64,000 bases of DNA. It comes from Planctomycetota bacterium. Its GTDB lineage: Bacteria; Planctomycetota; Planctomycetia; Gemmatales; Gemmataceae. The stretch spans positions 8,089 through 72,088 of the forward strand of contig VGZI01000002.1 of assembly GCA_016872605.1 (NCBI GenBank). The letters are read 5' to 3'. This document shows positions 18,599 through 26,728 of the stretch, piece after piece (the stretch's first letter is position 1; the number at the start of each line of letters is the position of its first letter). The notes under the pieces are model-generated. The model had not been told where the DNA came from. It was given only the letters and a program-made list of their open reading frames with translations, and searched no databases. Position numbers and translations under genes: made by a program.

Positions 18599-18762
18599 AA
18601 ACGGCGTCTGGCCTGGGCGGCCGAAAAATGCTCCACCGACCGGTGGACATCCCGCCGGCGGTCAGTTGCCGCTCGCACGGCCCGGCACAACACCAAGCCA
18701 CGCCATCATCCCCGCCGTCACGATCAGCCACGCATCCTTGCGCATCGGTTTGGCCTTTCTCA

Positions 18763-18821
18763 TAGGTCAGGCTTTTTGCCTGACGTTCGTTCCCGAGTTC
18801 AGGCTCGAAGGCCTGACCTAC
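18763..18821. repeat. GGTCAGGC...GCCTGACC hairpin element
   Basis: TAGGTCAGGC (18763-18772) pairs with GCCTGACCTA (18811-18820), with an inner hairpin GTCAGGC-TTTTT-GCCTGAC. Confidence 0.65.
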
Positions 18822-19034
18822 GTCACGTCCTGAAGTAAACGATCCGGCGGCAAAATGAAAGGCCAGTTTTCCCAGTCGCGCGATTTTACCGATTCTTACA
18901 ATCAGAGTTGTAATTTTTGCAAGCCCTCCGACTCGATCCCAGAGGTTCGGAGTACCTCACCTCTGGGCTTCCCTCCGATTCTTCCGGTATAATGGCAACT
19001 ATTCCCCGCGATTGATTCTTGCCGGAGGTGGGCC

Positions 19035-20186
19035 GTGTCGCGAAATCTCACTGCCATACAGGCGGTTGTGCTGGCGTTACTCGTCATCGGCACATTGGCG
19101 CTCGCAGCGTTCGGGCTCAGTATCCTCAACGAACGCTCGGGCTGGACGAGCGGCAGCCTGCGCGTGCTGGTCGGCTTTCCGGACGTCGGCGGCGTCGAGG
19201 TCGGGTCGCGCGTGCGTGTCCAGGGTATCGATGCCGGCGAAGTCGAGGCGATTATGCCGCCGGACAAACCCGGTGAGCCGGTGAGGTTGCAACTTCGCAT
19301 TATCGGCAAGTATCGCCATCTCGTGCGCGACGATGCCAAAGTGCAGATCGTCAGCGACAGCCTGCTCGCCGGCAAGGTGGTCCGCATCGTGCCGGGATCC
19401 CCTGGCGGCAAGCCGATCGACGATTACGCCGAGTTGAGGGCCGACATGCGCCCGGACCCGCTGGAGGACGCGTCGAAAGCGCTTGCGAAAGCCACGAGCA
19501 CGATTGCCCGTGCGGACGCCATCCTCGAGAGCATCGACAAGGGGGAAGGCACGGTCGGCAAGCTCGTCAAGGATGATGCCTTTTACAAGGAGCTTCACGA
19601 AGCGATGGCCCAGACGAAGCTCGCGATCCGCGACGCACGTAACGGCGAAGGGGCGATCGGCAAAGTCGTGACGGAGGCGATTGCGTCGCTGCAAGATATT
19701 CGTCGCATGGTCGCCTTGGTCGGTCAAAATGCAGACGCGATCAAATCGCTGCCGCTCGTGCGAAGCTACGTCGTCGACATCGCCAAGGAGTTGATTCGCC
19801 CCGATTGCAAGCGCTATCGCACATGGTACGCCGACACGGATTTGTTCGAGCCTGGCAAGTCGGTGTTGACGGCCGACGGAAGAAAGAAACTCGACGAGGC
19901 GGCGGTGTGGCTCAACAAGCACAAGTACGAGAATTCGGAGATCGTCATCGCGGCGTTCGCGGCCCCGACGCAGCCGGCCGACTTCGCCAATCAAGTGACG
20001 CTCAAGCAATGCGAGGCGACCGTCGAATACCTGCGCAGCAAGAACGTCCATCATACCGGCTGGTGGTGGTGGTCGACTCGGCCTATAAAGGGAATCGCCT
20101 GCGGCAACCAGCCGACGCCGGTCCCGGAAACCGAGAAGATGCCCGCGGGCCGCGTGGAGATTCTGGTGTTCGTGCCGGTGAAGTGA
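19035..20186 (+). CDS. MlaD/MCE-domain protein with a C-terminal OmpA-like domain
   Basis: GTG start after GGAGGTGGG. TM anchor, then VGGVEVGSRVRVQGIDAGEV (MCE-like). C-terminal LFEPGKSVLTADGRKKLD resembles OmpA_C. Confidence 0.65.
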   Translation: MSRNLTAIQAVVLALLVIGTLALAAFGLSILNERSGWTSGSLRVLVGFPDVGGVEVGSRVRVQGIDAGEVEAIMPPDKPGEPVRLQLRIIGKYRHLVRDDAKVQIVSDSLLAGKVVRIVPGSPGGKPIDDYAELRADMRPDPLEDASKALAKATSTIARADAILESIDKGEGTVGKLVKDDAFYKELHEAMAQTKLAIRDARNGEGAIGKVVTEAIASLQDIRRMVALVGQNADAIKSLPLVRSYVVDIAKELIRPDCKRYRTWYADTDLFEPGKSVLTADGRKKLDEAAVWLNKHKYENSEIVIAAFAAPTQPADFANQVTLKQCEATVEYLRSKNVHHTGWWWWSTRPIKGIACGNQPTPVPETEKMPAGRVEILVFVPVK

Positions 20187-20246
20187 GAAGGCCGTTTCTC
20201 GTTGAGCGCTCACAGGGCGCCGTGTCAGCGCGAAAAGTAAACTGGT

Positions 20247-21182
20247 ATGGGAAGGACTCGCATGCCCGATGCAGCAACGCTGGTGAATCCTGGCCCGCGC
20301 GTGGAGCTTTTGTACTATTTCTGCCGGCTGCAGATGCCGTCGGTCGAATTGCCGCCGACGCGGTGTCAGTTTCATTTGCAGCGGACGTTCGCGTTGTATC
20401 AAAAGAAGGTTGAGCAGCCGATAACGTGGGAAACGTACCTGGACCATCTCTATCCGCTCGATTGGTTCTTGGCGTCGTCGTGTCTGGAAGGCCATCGCTC
20501 TGCCTGGGAAGTGCTGTTTGCATCGCGGGCTGGGCGCAGCGACTGCTTGCTCATGGATGCGCTGCGAGCGCGGGCTGCCCGGCTCTATCCGCGAGACGAC
20601 GAACGTCAGGAGACGGCAGTCGCCGACTTCTGGGGCCATCTCTGCATCGCGGAGACGGAGGGATCGCTGCCGGTGATGGCGCGATTCGATGGACAGCGGC
20701 CGCTCGTGCCATGGCTGATTCGCGTGTTTCAGAACTGGCACATTTCCCAGCTGCGCAAACACCCGCCGGCACAAGCGCTGCCCGATGACGATCTGGCGAT
20801 GCCGATGCCTTCCGGCGGAGAGATCGAGGTGCGCTGGCGCGAAGCGTTCACCGAGGCCGCCCGTGATTGGCTCTCGGGCATCGACGAAGAAGAACTGCTT
20901 CTCTTGGGCTTGCGCATCCGCTATCGGCTCAGCCAGCGCGAGGTCGCTCAGCTTTTGAAAGTGCACGAGGGGACGATCTCACGGCGCACCGATAGCTTGC
21001 GCGATCAGTGCCTGGAGCACCTGACGAAGCAACTTGCGACCGCCGGTTGGACGGGCGATGACATTTTCGAGCTCGTGCGTACGGAGATGATCAGCTTGCT
21101 GCTGGACGACCCGCGTCTGTCCGCCGACGCGCTGGCGCAAGTCCTTGCGAAAAAGGGCAAGAAGATTCCGTCGCCGAATTAA
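20247..21182 (+). CDS. Sigma-70 family RNA polymerase sigma factor with an N-terminal extension
   Basis: Region 2-like LVPWLIRVFQNWHISQLRK. Region 4 HTH LSQREVAQLLKVHEGTISRR. Confidence 0.68.
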   Translation: MGRTRMPDAATLVNPGPRVELLYYFCRLQMPSVELPPTRCQFHLQRTFALYQKKVEQPITWETYLDHLYPLDWFLASSCLEGHRSAWEVLFASRAGRSDCLLMDALRARAARLYPRDDERQETAVADFWGHLCIAETEGSLPVMARFDGQRPLVPWLIRVFQNWHISQLRKHPPAQALPDDDLAMPMPSGGEIEVRWREAFTEAARDWLSGIDEEELLLLGLRIRYRLSQREVAQLLKVHEGTISRRTDSLRDQCLEHLTKQLATAGWTGDDIFELVRTEMISLLLDDPRLSADALAQVLAKKGKKIPSPN

Positions 21183-21212
21183 CCGGCCGCGCTTTCGACA
21201 GAGGGGTGTGAC

Positions 21213-21851
21213 ATGTCAACCGTTGCCTACGAACAACGCCTGTCGGCCAATCGGAGGTGGGCATTGAACGAGGGAAGCAAGTTCTTTGAGGACAAGAGCA
21301 CCGTTCAGGATGCACTGCGAAAAATCACCAAGCGGTTGACTGACCTGCACGTTCCCTTTGCGATTGCGGGCGGCATGGCGCTTTTCCAACACGGGGTTCG
21401 CCGCTTCACAGAAGACATCGCCATCCTCGTCACCCAAGCGGGCTTGCAAGCGATTCATAACGCACTCGATGGGCTGGGATATGTGCCGCCGTTTGCGGGA
21501 AGCAAGAATCTGCGTGACGCTGAACTGGGCGTGAAGATTGAATTCATCATTACCGGAGATTATCCGGGGGACGGCAAACCTAAACCGGTCACATTCCCCG
21601 ACCCCAAGGACGTCGTCGTCGATTTGGGCGGCATCCCTTGCGTCAATCTCCCGACAATGGTCACGCTCAAGCTTGCCTCCGGCATGACCAATCCCGCCCG
21701 TCTGAAGGATCTCGCGGACGTGCAGGAGTTGATCAAGCGGCTGCAACTAACGCGTGAATTCGGCGACGAACTTCATGCATATGTTCGGCAAAAATACGCC
21801 GAGCTCTGGGAATCGGTGCAGCACGTTTCGCCGGGCGACGACAACCCGTAG
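21213..21851 (+). CDS. Nucleotidyltransferase-fold protein (AbiEii/DUF2204-like)
   Basis: FAIAGGMALFQHGVRRFTEDIAILV resembles the GG.AL...R.T.D.D motif of minimal NTases. The assignment is tentative. Confidence 0.45.
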   Translation: MSTVAYEQRLSANRRWALNEGSKFFEDKSTVQDALRKITKRLTDLHVPFAIAGGMALFQHGVRRFTEDIAILVTQAGLQAIHNALDGLGYVPPFAGSKNLRDAELGVKIEFIITGDYPGDGKPKPVTFPDPKDVVVDLGGIPCVNLPTMVTLKLASGMTNPARLKDLADVQELIKRLQLTREFGDELHAYVRQKYAELWESVQHVSPGDDNP

Positions 21852-21943
21852 GCATTTTTTTCAGCTGGACTTTTCTCCGCGCCGGCGAATATGGTAAAGA
21901 GTAGCAAGGGAAGTTGGCGGCCCGTTCGCGAGGTCAGGGTCCG

Positions 21944-22891
21944 ATGGGGATTCAAGATCGCGATTACTACCGGAACGAAGGCCCGAGCATGTTCGATTCG
22001 ATCATGCCGCGAGGCTTCGTTTGCCGTTGGCTGATCGGCCTGAACGTGGCCATGTTCTTTCTGCAACTCGTCGCTCTCGCCAGCGCTCCCCCGAACGCTG
22101 TGGGCATCGCCGGCTCCGGCTTCGTCACCGAGTGGCTGATTCTCGACGTCGACGCCGTCAGTGGCGGTCAGATCTGGCGGCTCTTGACGTATGCCTTCCT
22201 GCACGCCATCAGCGGCGACTTCTGGTTCTTTCACATCGTCTTCAACATGCTGTTTTTGTGGTACTTCGGCAGCGACATCGAAGAGCATTACGGCCGCAGG
22301 GAGTTCCTTGCCATTTATTTGATCTCGGCGCTCCTGGGCGGTGCGGCGTTCTTGATCTGGAGCACGGTGTGGGCCGACGCCCGGTACTGCCTGGGCGCCT
22401 CGGGCGCCGTGACGACGATGCTGATTCTATGTGCGCTCAATTTCCCGCGCCGGCTCCTCTATTGGTTCGGCGTGGTGCCGATGCCGATCTGGTTTTTCGC
22501 GATCCTCAACATAGCGCAGGACGCGTTCGTATTTGTCGGCGGGTTCAAGTCCAACGTGGCCGTTGTGGTGCACCTGGCCGGCGCCGCGTTTGCCGTGGCT
22601 TACTACCAATGGCAAGGCAGCATTGTCGACGTGCTGTCCGGCTTCCCCTGGTGGCATGGCTTCCGCGGTCGCGCACGTTTGAAGATCTACAACCCGGATG
22701 CCGAGGACGAAGAGGAAGCGGTCGCGGTGACGGCCACGTCGGCGTCGGCCGCCGCTGTCGATGAGCATTTGGAGGCGAAGCTCGACACCGTGCTCGAAAA
22801 AATCGCCAAGAGCGGCAAGGAGAGCCTGACGCCGGAGGAGCAAGAGGTCTTGAAGCAAGCGGCGGAGATGTACAAGCGCCGCCGGACTTGA
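21944..22891 (+). CDS. Rhomboid-family intramembrane serine protease
   Basis: WRLLTYAFLH, HIVFNMLFLWYFG, catalytic GASGAV and a downstream His in VVHLAGA. Start chosen at MGIQDRDYY. Confidence 0.88.
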   Translation: MGIQDRDYYRNEGPSMFDSIMPRGFVCRWLIGLNVAMFFLQLVALASAPPNAVGIAGSGFVTEWLILDVDAVSGGQIWRLLTYAFLHAISGDFWFFHIVFNMLFLWYFGSDIEEHYGRREFLAIYLISALLGGAAFLIWSTVWADARYCLGASGAVTTMLILCALNFPRRLLYWFGVVPMPIWFFAILNIAQDAFVFVGGFKSNVAVVVHLAGAAFAVAYYQWQGSIVDVLSGFPWWHGFRGRARLKIYNPDAEDEEEAVAVTATSASAAAVDEHLEAKLDTVLEKIAKSGKESLTPEEQEVLKQAAEMYKRRRT

Positions 22892-22917
22892 CCAACCAAA
22901 TCTCAAAGTGAGCCACT

Positions 22918-23136
22918 ATGCCTCTTTATCAGTATTCCTGCAACGATTGCGAAAAGAACTTCGAAGCCCTCGTCAATCGCGGCGAAACCGCCGAGTGTCC
23001 CGAGTGCCACAGCCGAGATGTCGAAAAAATGCCGACGATGCCCGGTATGCCCGTCGTCAAGGACGCGGGCGGCTGCGGCGACCTGAGCCTTCCTCCCTGC
23101 GGCGCCGCTGGCTGCCGACGCACCGGCAAGGGCTGA
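22918..23136 (+). CDS. FmdB-family zinc-ribbon protein
   Basis: MPLYQYSCNDCEKNFE...CPECHS is the CxxC/CxxC pattern typical of the FmdB family. Confidence 0.85.
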   Translation: MPLYQYSCNDCEKNFEALVNRGETAECPECHSRDVEKMPTMPGMPVVKDAGGCGDLSLPPCGAAGCRRTGKG

Positions 23137-23194
23137 CCGATCACGCGGCGCCAGCAAGTGAGCGCTTGCACTCGCTGGTGGTGCGTGGTCCATT

Positions 23195-23224
23195 CCGCCC
23201 GCCTCTTCGAGGCGGGGCTAAACG
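23195..23224. repeat. Solo arm of the CCGCCTC-GAGGCGG-GGCTAAAC element
   Basis: CCCGCCTC TTC GAGGCGGG GCTAAAC. The same arm occurs at 44344-44369 and 57460-57488. Confidence 0.55.
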
Positions 23225-23289
23225 AATTGCATTGTCACACCTAAAATGCCCGCTGCCGATCCGCGTGGGTCGGCACGACGGGAGGCGGC

Positions 23290-24381
23290 ATGGAACAGGC
23301 GACGCGCGACGTTCCGGTGGAGGCGGCCGTTCAATCGGAGCCGTCGCGCGATTCGAGCGCTGCCGATGCACCGTCCGGGCCGCGCATTCCCATCTCGGCT
23401 CGCTTTCTGCTCGCCATCTACGCCATTGTGCCGATATGCTTGCTCGCCATGGCAATCGACGGGCTGTTCTTCACCGATTCCTTCTTTCGCGCCTTGCCGA
23501 CCAGCCCTGAAAACAACCTTTACTTCCAGCTCGCGTTCGGCACCCCGCACATCATCGCCAGCTCCATCATCCTCGCCGCCAACACCGAGTATGTGCGCTG
23601 GTACTGGCTGCAGATCGTCTTGTTCACCGCGTTCGTGCTCGCGTTCTTCGGCATAGGCAGTTTCTACTTTTCGTATGAAGTGTTCTTCGCCATCGTCGGC
23701 GCGGCCACCGTTATGCACGTGATCAAGCAACAGGTCGGCATCGGCAAAGGTTTGTGCAGAATCTCGTCCTGGACCTACGAAGCCTGGGGCTGGCTGCTCG
23801 TCGTCTTCGGCACGATCCTCTATTACGCCGTCTACATGGGGAACGGCCTGCAGCCGCAGACGAGAGCCTGGGTCCACGGCGTGCTCGGCGTGCTCGCGGC
23901 AACGGCGTTCGTGTTGACGGTGATGTGCCACTTTCAGATCGAAGGCACATTGGGCCGACTGTATCTTTGGGGCAACGCGGCCATGGTGCTGCAGAGCGGC
24001 CTGTTCTACGCTGCCGATTATTCCTTCCTCGCCATCCTGGGCCCGCGGCTCGTGCACGACATCACGGCATTCACTTTCTACGTGACGCACGACATGAATC
24101 GCCACGGCGAGGAACCACAGAGCTTGCTGTACCTATTGCCGGAAAAACTCGGCCTGGGTGTCTTCTGGGTGTGTCCATTGCTTGCGGTAGCGTTGACGTA
24201 TTTCTTCACGATGTACTTCGATCAACTGGTTGGGTATGTCACGCCGATGCTCGGATTCGAAGTCCCGTACAACCCGAGCTTTCTCGTGGTCGGCTATCTG
24301 GGCCTGCTGCACTACTTCACCGAGGCGTTCACCTGGCGTCAGGGATCGCCCTATCGTCCGCATTACGGCTTCACCGCGTGA
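23290..24381 (+). CDS. Polytopic membrane protein of unknown function
   Basis: About 9-10 hydrophobic segments. Histidines in GTPHIIAS, VMHVIKQQ, LVHDITAFTFYVTHD and LHYFTE. Confidence 0.6.
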   Translation: MEQATRDVPVEAAVQSEPSRDSSAADAPSGPRIPISARFLLAIYAIVPICLLAMAIDGLFFTDSFFRALPTSPENNLYFQLAFGTPHIIASSIILAANTEYVRWYWLQIVLFTAFVLAFFGIGSFYFSYEVFFAIVGAATVMHVIKQQVGIGKGLCRISSWTYEAWGWLLVVFGTILYYAVYMGNGLQPQTRAWVHGVLGVLAATAFVLTVMCHFQIEGTLGRLYLWGNAAMVLQSGLFYAADYSFLAILGPRLVHDITAFTFYVTHDMNRHGEEPQSLLYLLPEKLGLGVFWVCPLLAVALTYFFTMYFDQLVGYVTPMLGFEVPYNPSFLVVGYLGLLHYFTEAFTWRQGSPYRPHYGFTA

Positions 24382-24388
24382 GGCGCAC

Positions 24389-25621
24389 ATGGGTCGGCTC
24401 ATTCTCTGCGTAATGACGCTCGTAATTGCAGGGACAGCACCTGCCCAGCACTGGCCCCGCTTTCGCGGTCCCAACGGCAGCGGCGTCAGCGACTCGGTGC
24501 TGCCGACCACCTGGACCGACAAGGATTACCGCTGGCAGGTAAAGCTGCCTGGCCCCGGCCATTCGTCGCCCATCGTCTGGGACGATTTGGTCGTCGTGAC
24601 TTCCGCTGCCGACGGCAAACTGAGCGTGCTTGGGCTTCAGGTTGCGACGGGCAAGATGGCCTTCCACCGCAACTTCGCTGCCGAGCCGGTCAAGGGGCAC
24701 AAGGACAATAGCCTCGCCTCCGCGACGCCTGCGGCCGACGCCAAACACATCTATGTCGCCTGGGGCGGTCCGAAGGAAGTGGTCCTTTTGGCTCTAAAGC
24801 ACAACGGGACCGAAGCCTGGCACCAAAACCTCGGCCCGTATCGCGCCGGGCACGGGTTCGGCAATTCGCCGATCGTGCATGACGGGTTGGTCTTCCTGGC
24901 CTGCGAGCACGAGGGGAAGGATTGCATCGTCGCCATCGACGCAGACTCGGGCGAGCTGCGCTGGCGAGCTCCCCGCAAGAGCCGCAATACCTACGCCACG
25001 CCGTGCATCTATCAGGCGCCGGGCCGATCGCACGAGTTGATCGCGGTCAGCTACGAGGACGGTATCACCGCGATCAATTTGAAGACGGGAAAACTCAACT
25101 GGTCGGTGGACGTATTCGACAAACGACACGTCGAAGGCGCCATCGCATCGCCGATCGTACATCGCGATCTCGTCTTCGGCAGCGCAGGCTGGCTGAGCGT
25201 GCGCTACGAGACGATCGCGGTTCGACCGCAGCTTGGAAAAGCCGCGAAGATCGAGCCGGCGTTCAAGGTCGATCGCGGCGTGGGCCTCGTGCCGACGCCG
25301 ATCGCACACGGCGACTTGCTCTTCTTCTGGGACGACCGCGGCATGGTCAGTTGCTGCGACGCGAAGGCCGGCGAGAACTATTGGCGCGAACGCACCGAAG
25401 GCAGCTTCTATGCGTCCCCCGTCATCGCGGGCAAACATCTGTACTGCCCATCGCGCGACGGCAGCATGTTCGTCCTGTCCGCGAGCAAGAAATTCGAGCA
25501 GGTCGCTCGTATTCGGCTCGGCGAGGACACGAACGCCACGCCCGCCATCGCCGGCGGCCGAATGTTCATACGCACGCTGACGCAATTGAAGTGCATTGAA
25601 GGTCGGAGCCTGAAGCGTTAG
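24389..25621 (+). CDS. PQQ-like beta-propeller repeat protein (secreted)
   Basis: Signal peptide, then HWPRFRGPNGSG and repeated W-containing blades. Start at MGRLIL (24389). Confidence 0.8.
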   Translation: MGRLILCVMTLVIAGTAPAQHWPRFRGPNGSGVSDSVLPTTWTDKDYRWQVKLPGPGHSSPIVWDDLVVVTSAADGKLSVLGLQVATGKMAFHRNFAAEPVKGHKDNSLASATPAADAKHIYVAWGGPKEVVLLALKHNGTEAWHQNLGPYRAGHGFGNSPIVHDGLVFLACEHEGKDCIVAIDADSGELRWRAPRKSRNTYATPCIYQAPGRSHELIAVSYEDGITAINLKTGKLNWSVDVFDKRHVEGAIASPIVHRDLVFGSAGWLSVRYETIAVRPQLGKAAKIEPAFKVDRGVGLVPTPIAHGDLLFFWDDRGMVSCCDAKAGENYWRERTEGSFYASPVIAGKHLYCPSRDGSMFVLSASKKFEQVARIRLGEDTNATPAIAGGRMFIRTLTQLKCIEGRSLKR

Positions 25622-25655
25622 CGAAGTTACTCTTCTTCGCTAACGCTTCAGGCTC
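25605..25655. repeat. Hairpin element with a 21-bp perfect stem, overlapping the stop codon of the PQQ gene
   Basis: GAGCCTGAAGCGTTAGCGAAG, 8-nt loop, CTTCGCTAACGCTTCAGGCTC. The TAG at 25619-25621 lies in the left arm. Confidence 0.9.
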
Positions 25656-25797
25656 TGAGGAATTTGCCGATTGTGCAAACATTACCGGCGTCGAACTAGA
25701 TCCGAAGTTGGGCATTCGTTCGACGCGGGCTGCGAAAACTGGGGACGCTGGTAGAATGGGCTGTCGACAGGCTCTGGTTTTTTGGGGAGCAGATTCG

Positions 25798-26601
25798 ATG
25801 GCTCGGGACATCCAAGACAAACGTATCCTGATTACCGGAGCGTCGAGCGGCATCGGCAAATGCCTCGCGCAACAGTTCGCTCCGATGGGCGCCAAGCTCA
25901 TTCTGGCGGCACGATCCGAAGACAAGCTCAACGCCCTCGCCGATTCACTGCCGATCCCAAAGGAAAACGTGCTGGTCGTTCCGACGGACGTCACCAAGGA
26001 GGAGGATCGCGCTCACCTGTTCGAGCGCACAGTTGCGCAATTCGGCGGCCTCGATGTGTTGATCAACAACGCCGGCATCGCAAGCTGGGCACATTTCGCC
26101 GACTCGACGGAAGAGATCCTGCGGCAAATCATGGAGGTGAACTTCTTCGCCCCGGCTGAGCTGATTCGCAAGGCAATTCCAATACTGACCGATGGCGTCG
26201 AACCGGCAATCGTCAACGTCGCCTCCCGCTGTGGCCGACGTGCCTTGCCTGCCTGGAGCGAATACTCGGCAAGCAAGTATGCCCTTTGCGGGCTAACCGA
26301 GGCGCTGCGCGGCGAACTGGCACGGTTCGAAATCGATATCTTGCTGATCATCCCCGGCCTGACCAAGAGCGATTTTCCGCAGCATTTCCTGCGCTCCGAA
26401 GGCAAGGAAAAAATCGAGTTCGACAACGGCATGCCTGCGGAAGACGTCGCTGCCCGGATTATCTACAGTTTGCAGAAGAGCACGACGGAAACCTGGATCG
26501 GCTGGGACACATACTGGATGCTGATCATCAACCGCTGGTTTCCGCGTCTGGTTGATTGGCTCATGGCCCGCAGAGTGCGGCAGTTGTACGAAGCTGGATG
26601 A
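25798..26601 (+). CDS. SDR-family oxidoreductase
   Basis: ITGASSGIGK, NNAG, YSASKYAL. Confidence 0.9.
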   Translation: MARDIQDKRILITGASSGIGKCLAQQFAPMGAKLILAARSEDKLNALADSLPIPKENVLVVPTDVTKEEDRAHLFERTVAQFGGLDVLINNAGIASWAHFADSTEEILRQIMEVNFFAPAELIRKAIPILTDGVEPAIVNVASRCGRRALPAWSEYSASKYALCGLTEALRGELARFEIDILLIIPGLTKSDFPQHFLRSEGKEKIEFDNGMPAEDVAARIIYSLQKSTTETWIGWDTYWMLIINRWFPRLVDWLMARRVRQLYEAG

Positions 26602-26620
26602 GCGCGGATCGAAATGGCGA

Positions 26621-26687
26621 GCCGAGCCGCGTATGCGGCCGGGTGATAATGTGAGATCACACAACCCGGCCGCTTACGCGGCTCGGC
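26621..26687. repeat. Hairpin element with a 24-bp stem (one mismatch) and 19-nt loop
   Basis: GCCGAGCCGCGTATGCGGCCGGGT pairs with ACCCGGCCGCTTACGCGGCTCGGC. Solo arm-like copies occur at 11809-11835 and 58861-58889. Confidence 0.88.
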
Positions 26688-26728
26688 TCGCCTGTTTGAC
26701 TTTGGATGATAGGGAGGACCCCTGCCTC

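Noticed and set aside
18662-18664. In-frame TGA as a selenocysteine codon
   Set aside because: There is no obvious SECIS-like hairpin immediately downstream and no redox motif around the site. A nonsense mutation or two separate ORFs is more likely.
19077-20966. 629-aa minus-strand ORF
   Set aside because: It spans two well-supported plus-strand genes (MlaD/OmpA-like and the sigma factor) and the gap between them. It is extremely Arg-rich with no motifs, which is a typical antisense artefact in high-GC DNA.
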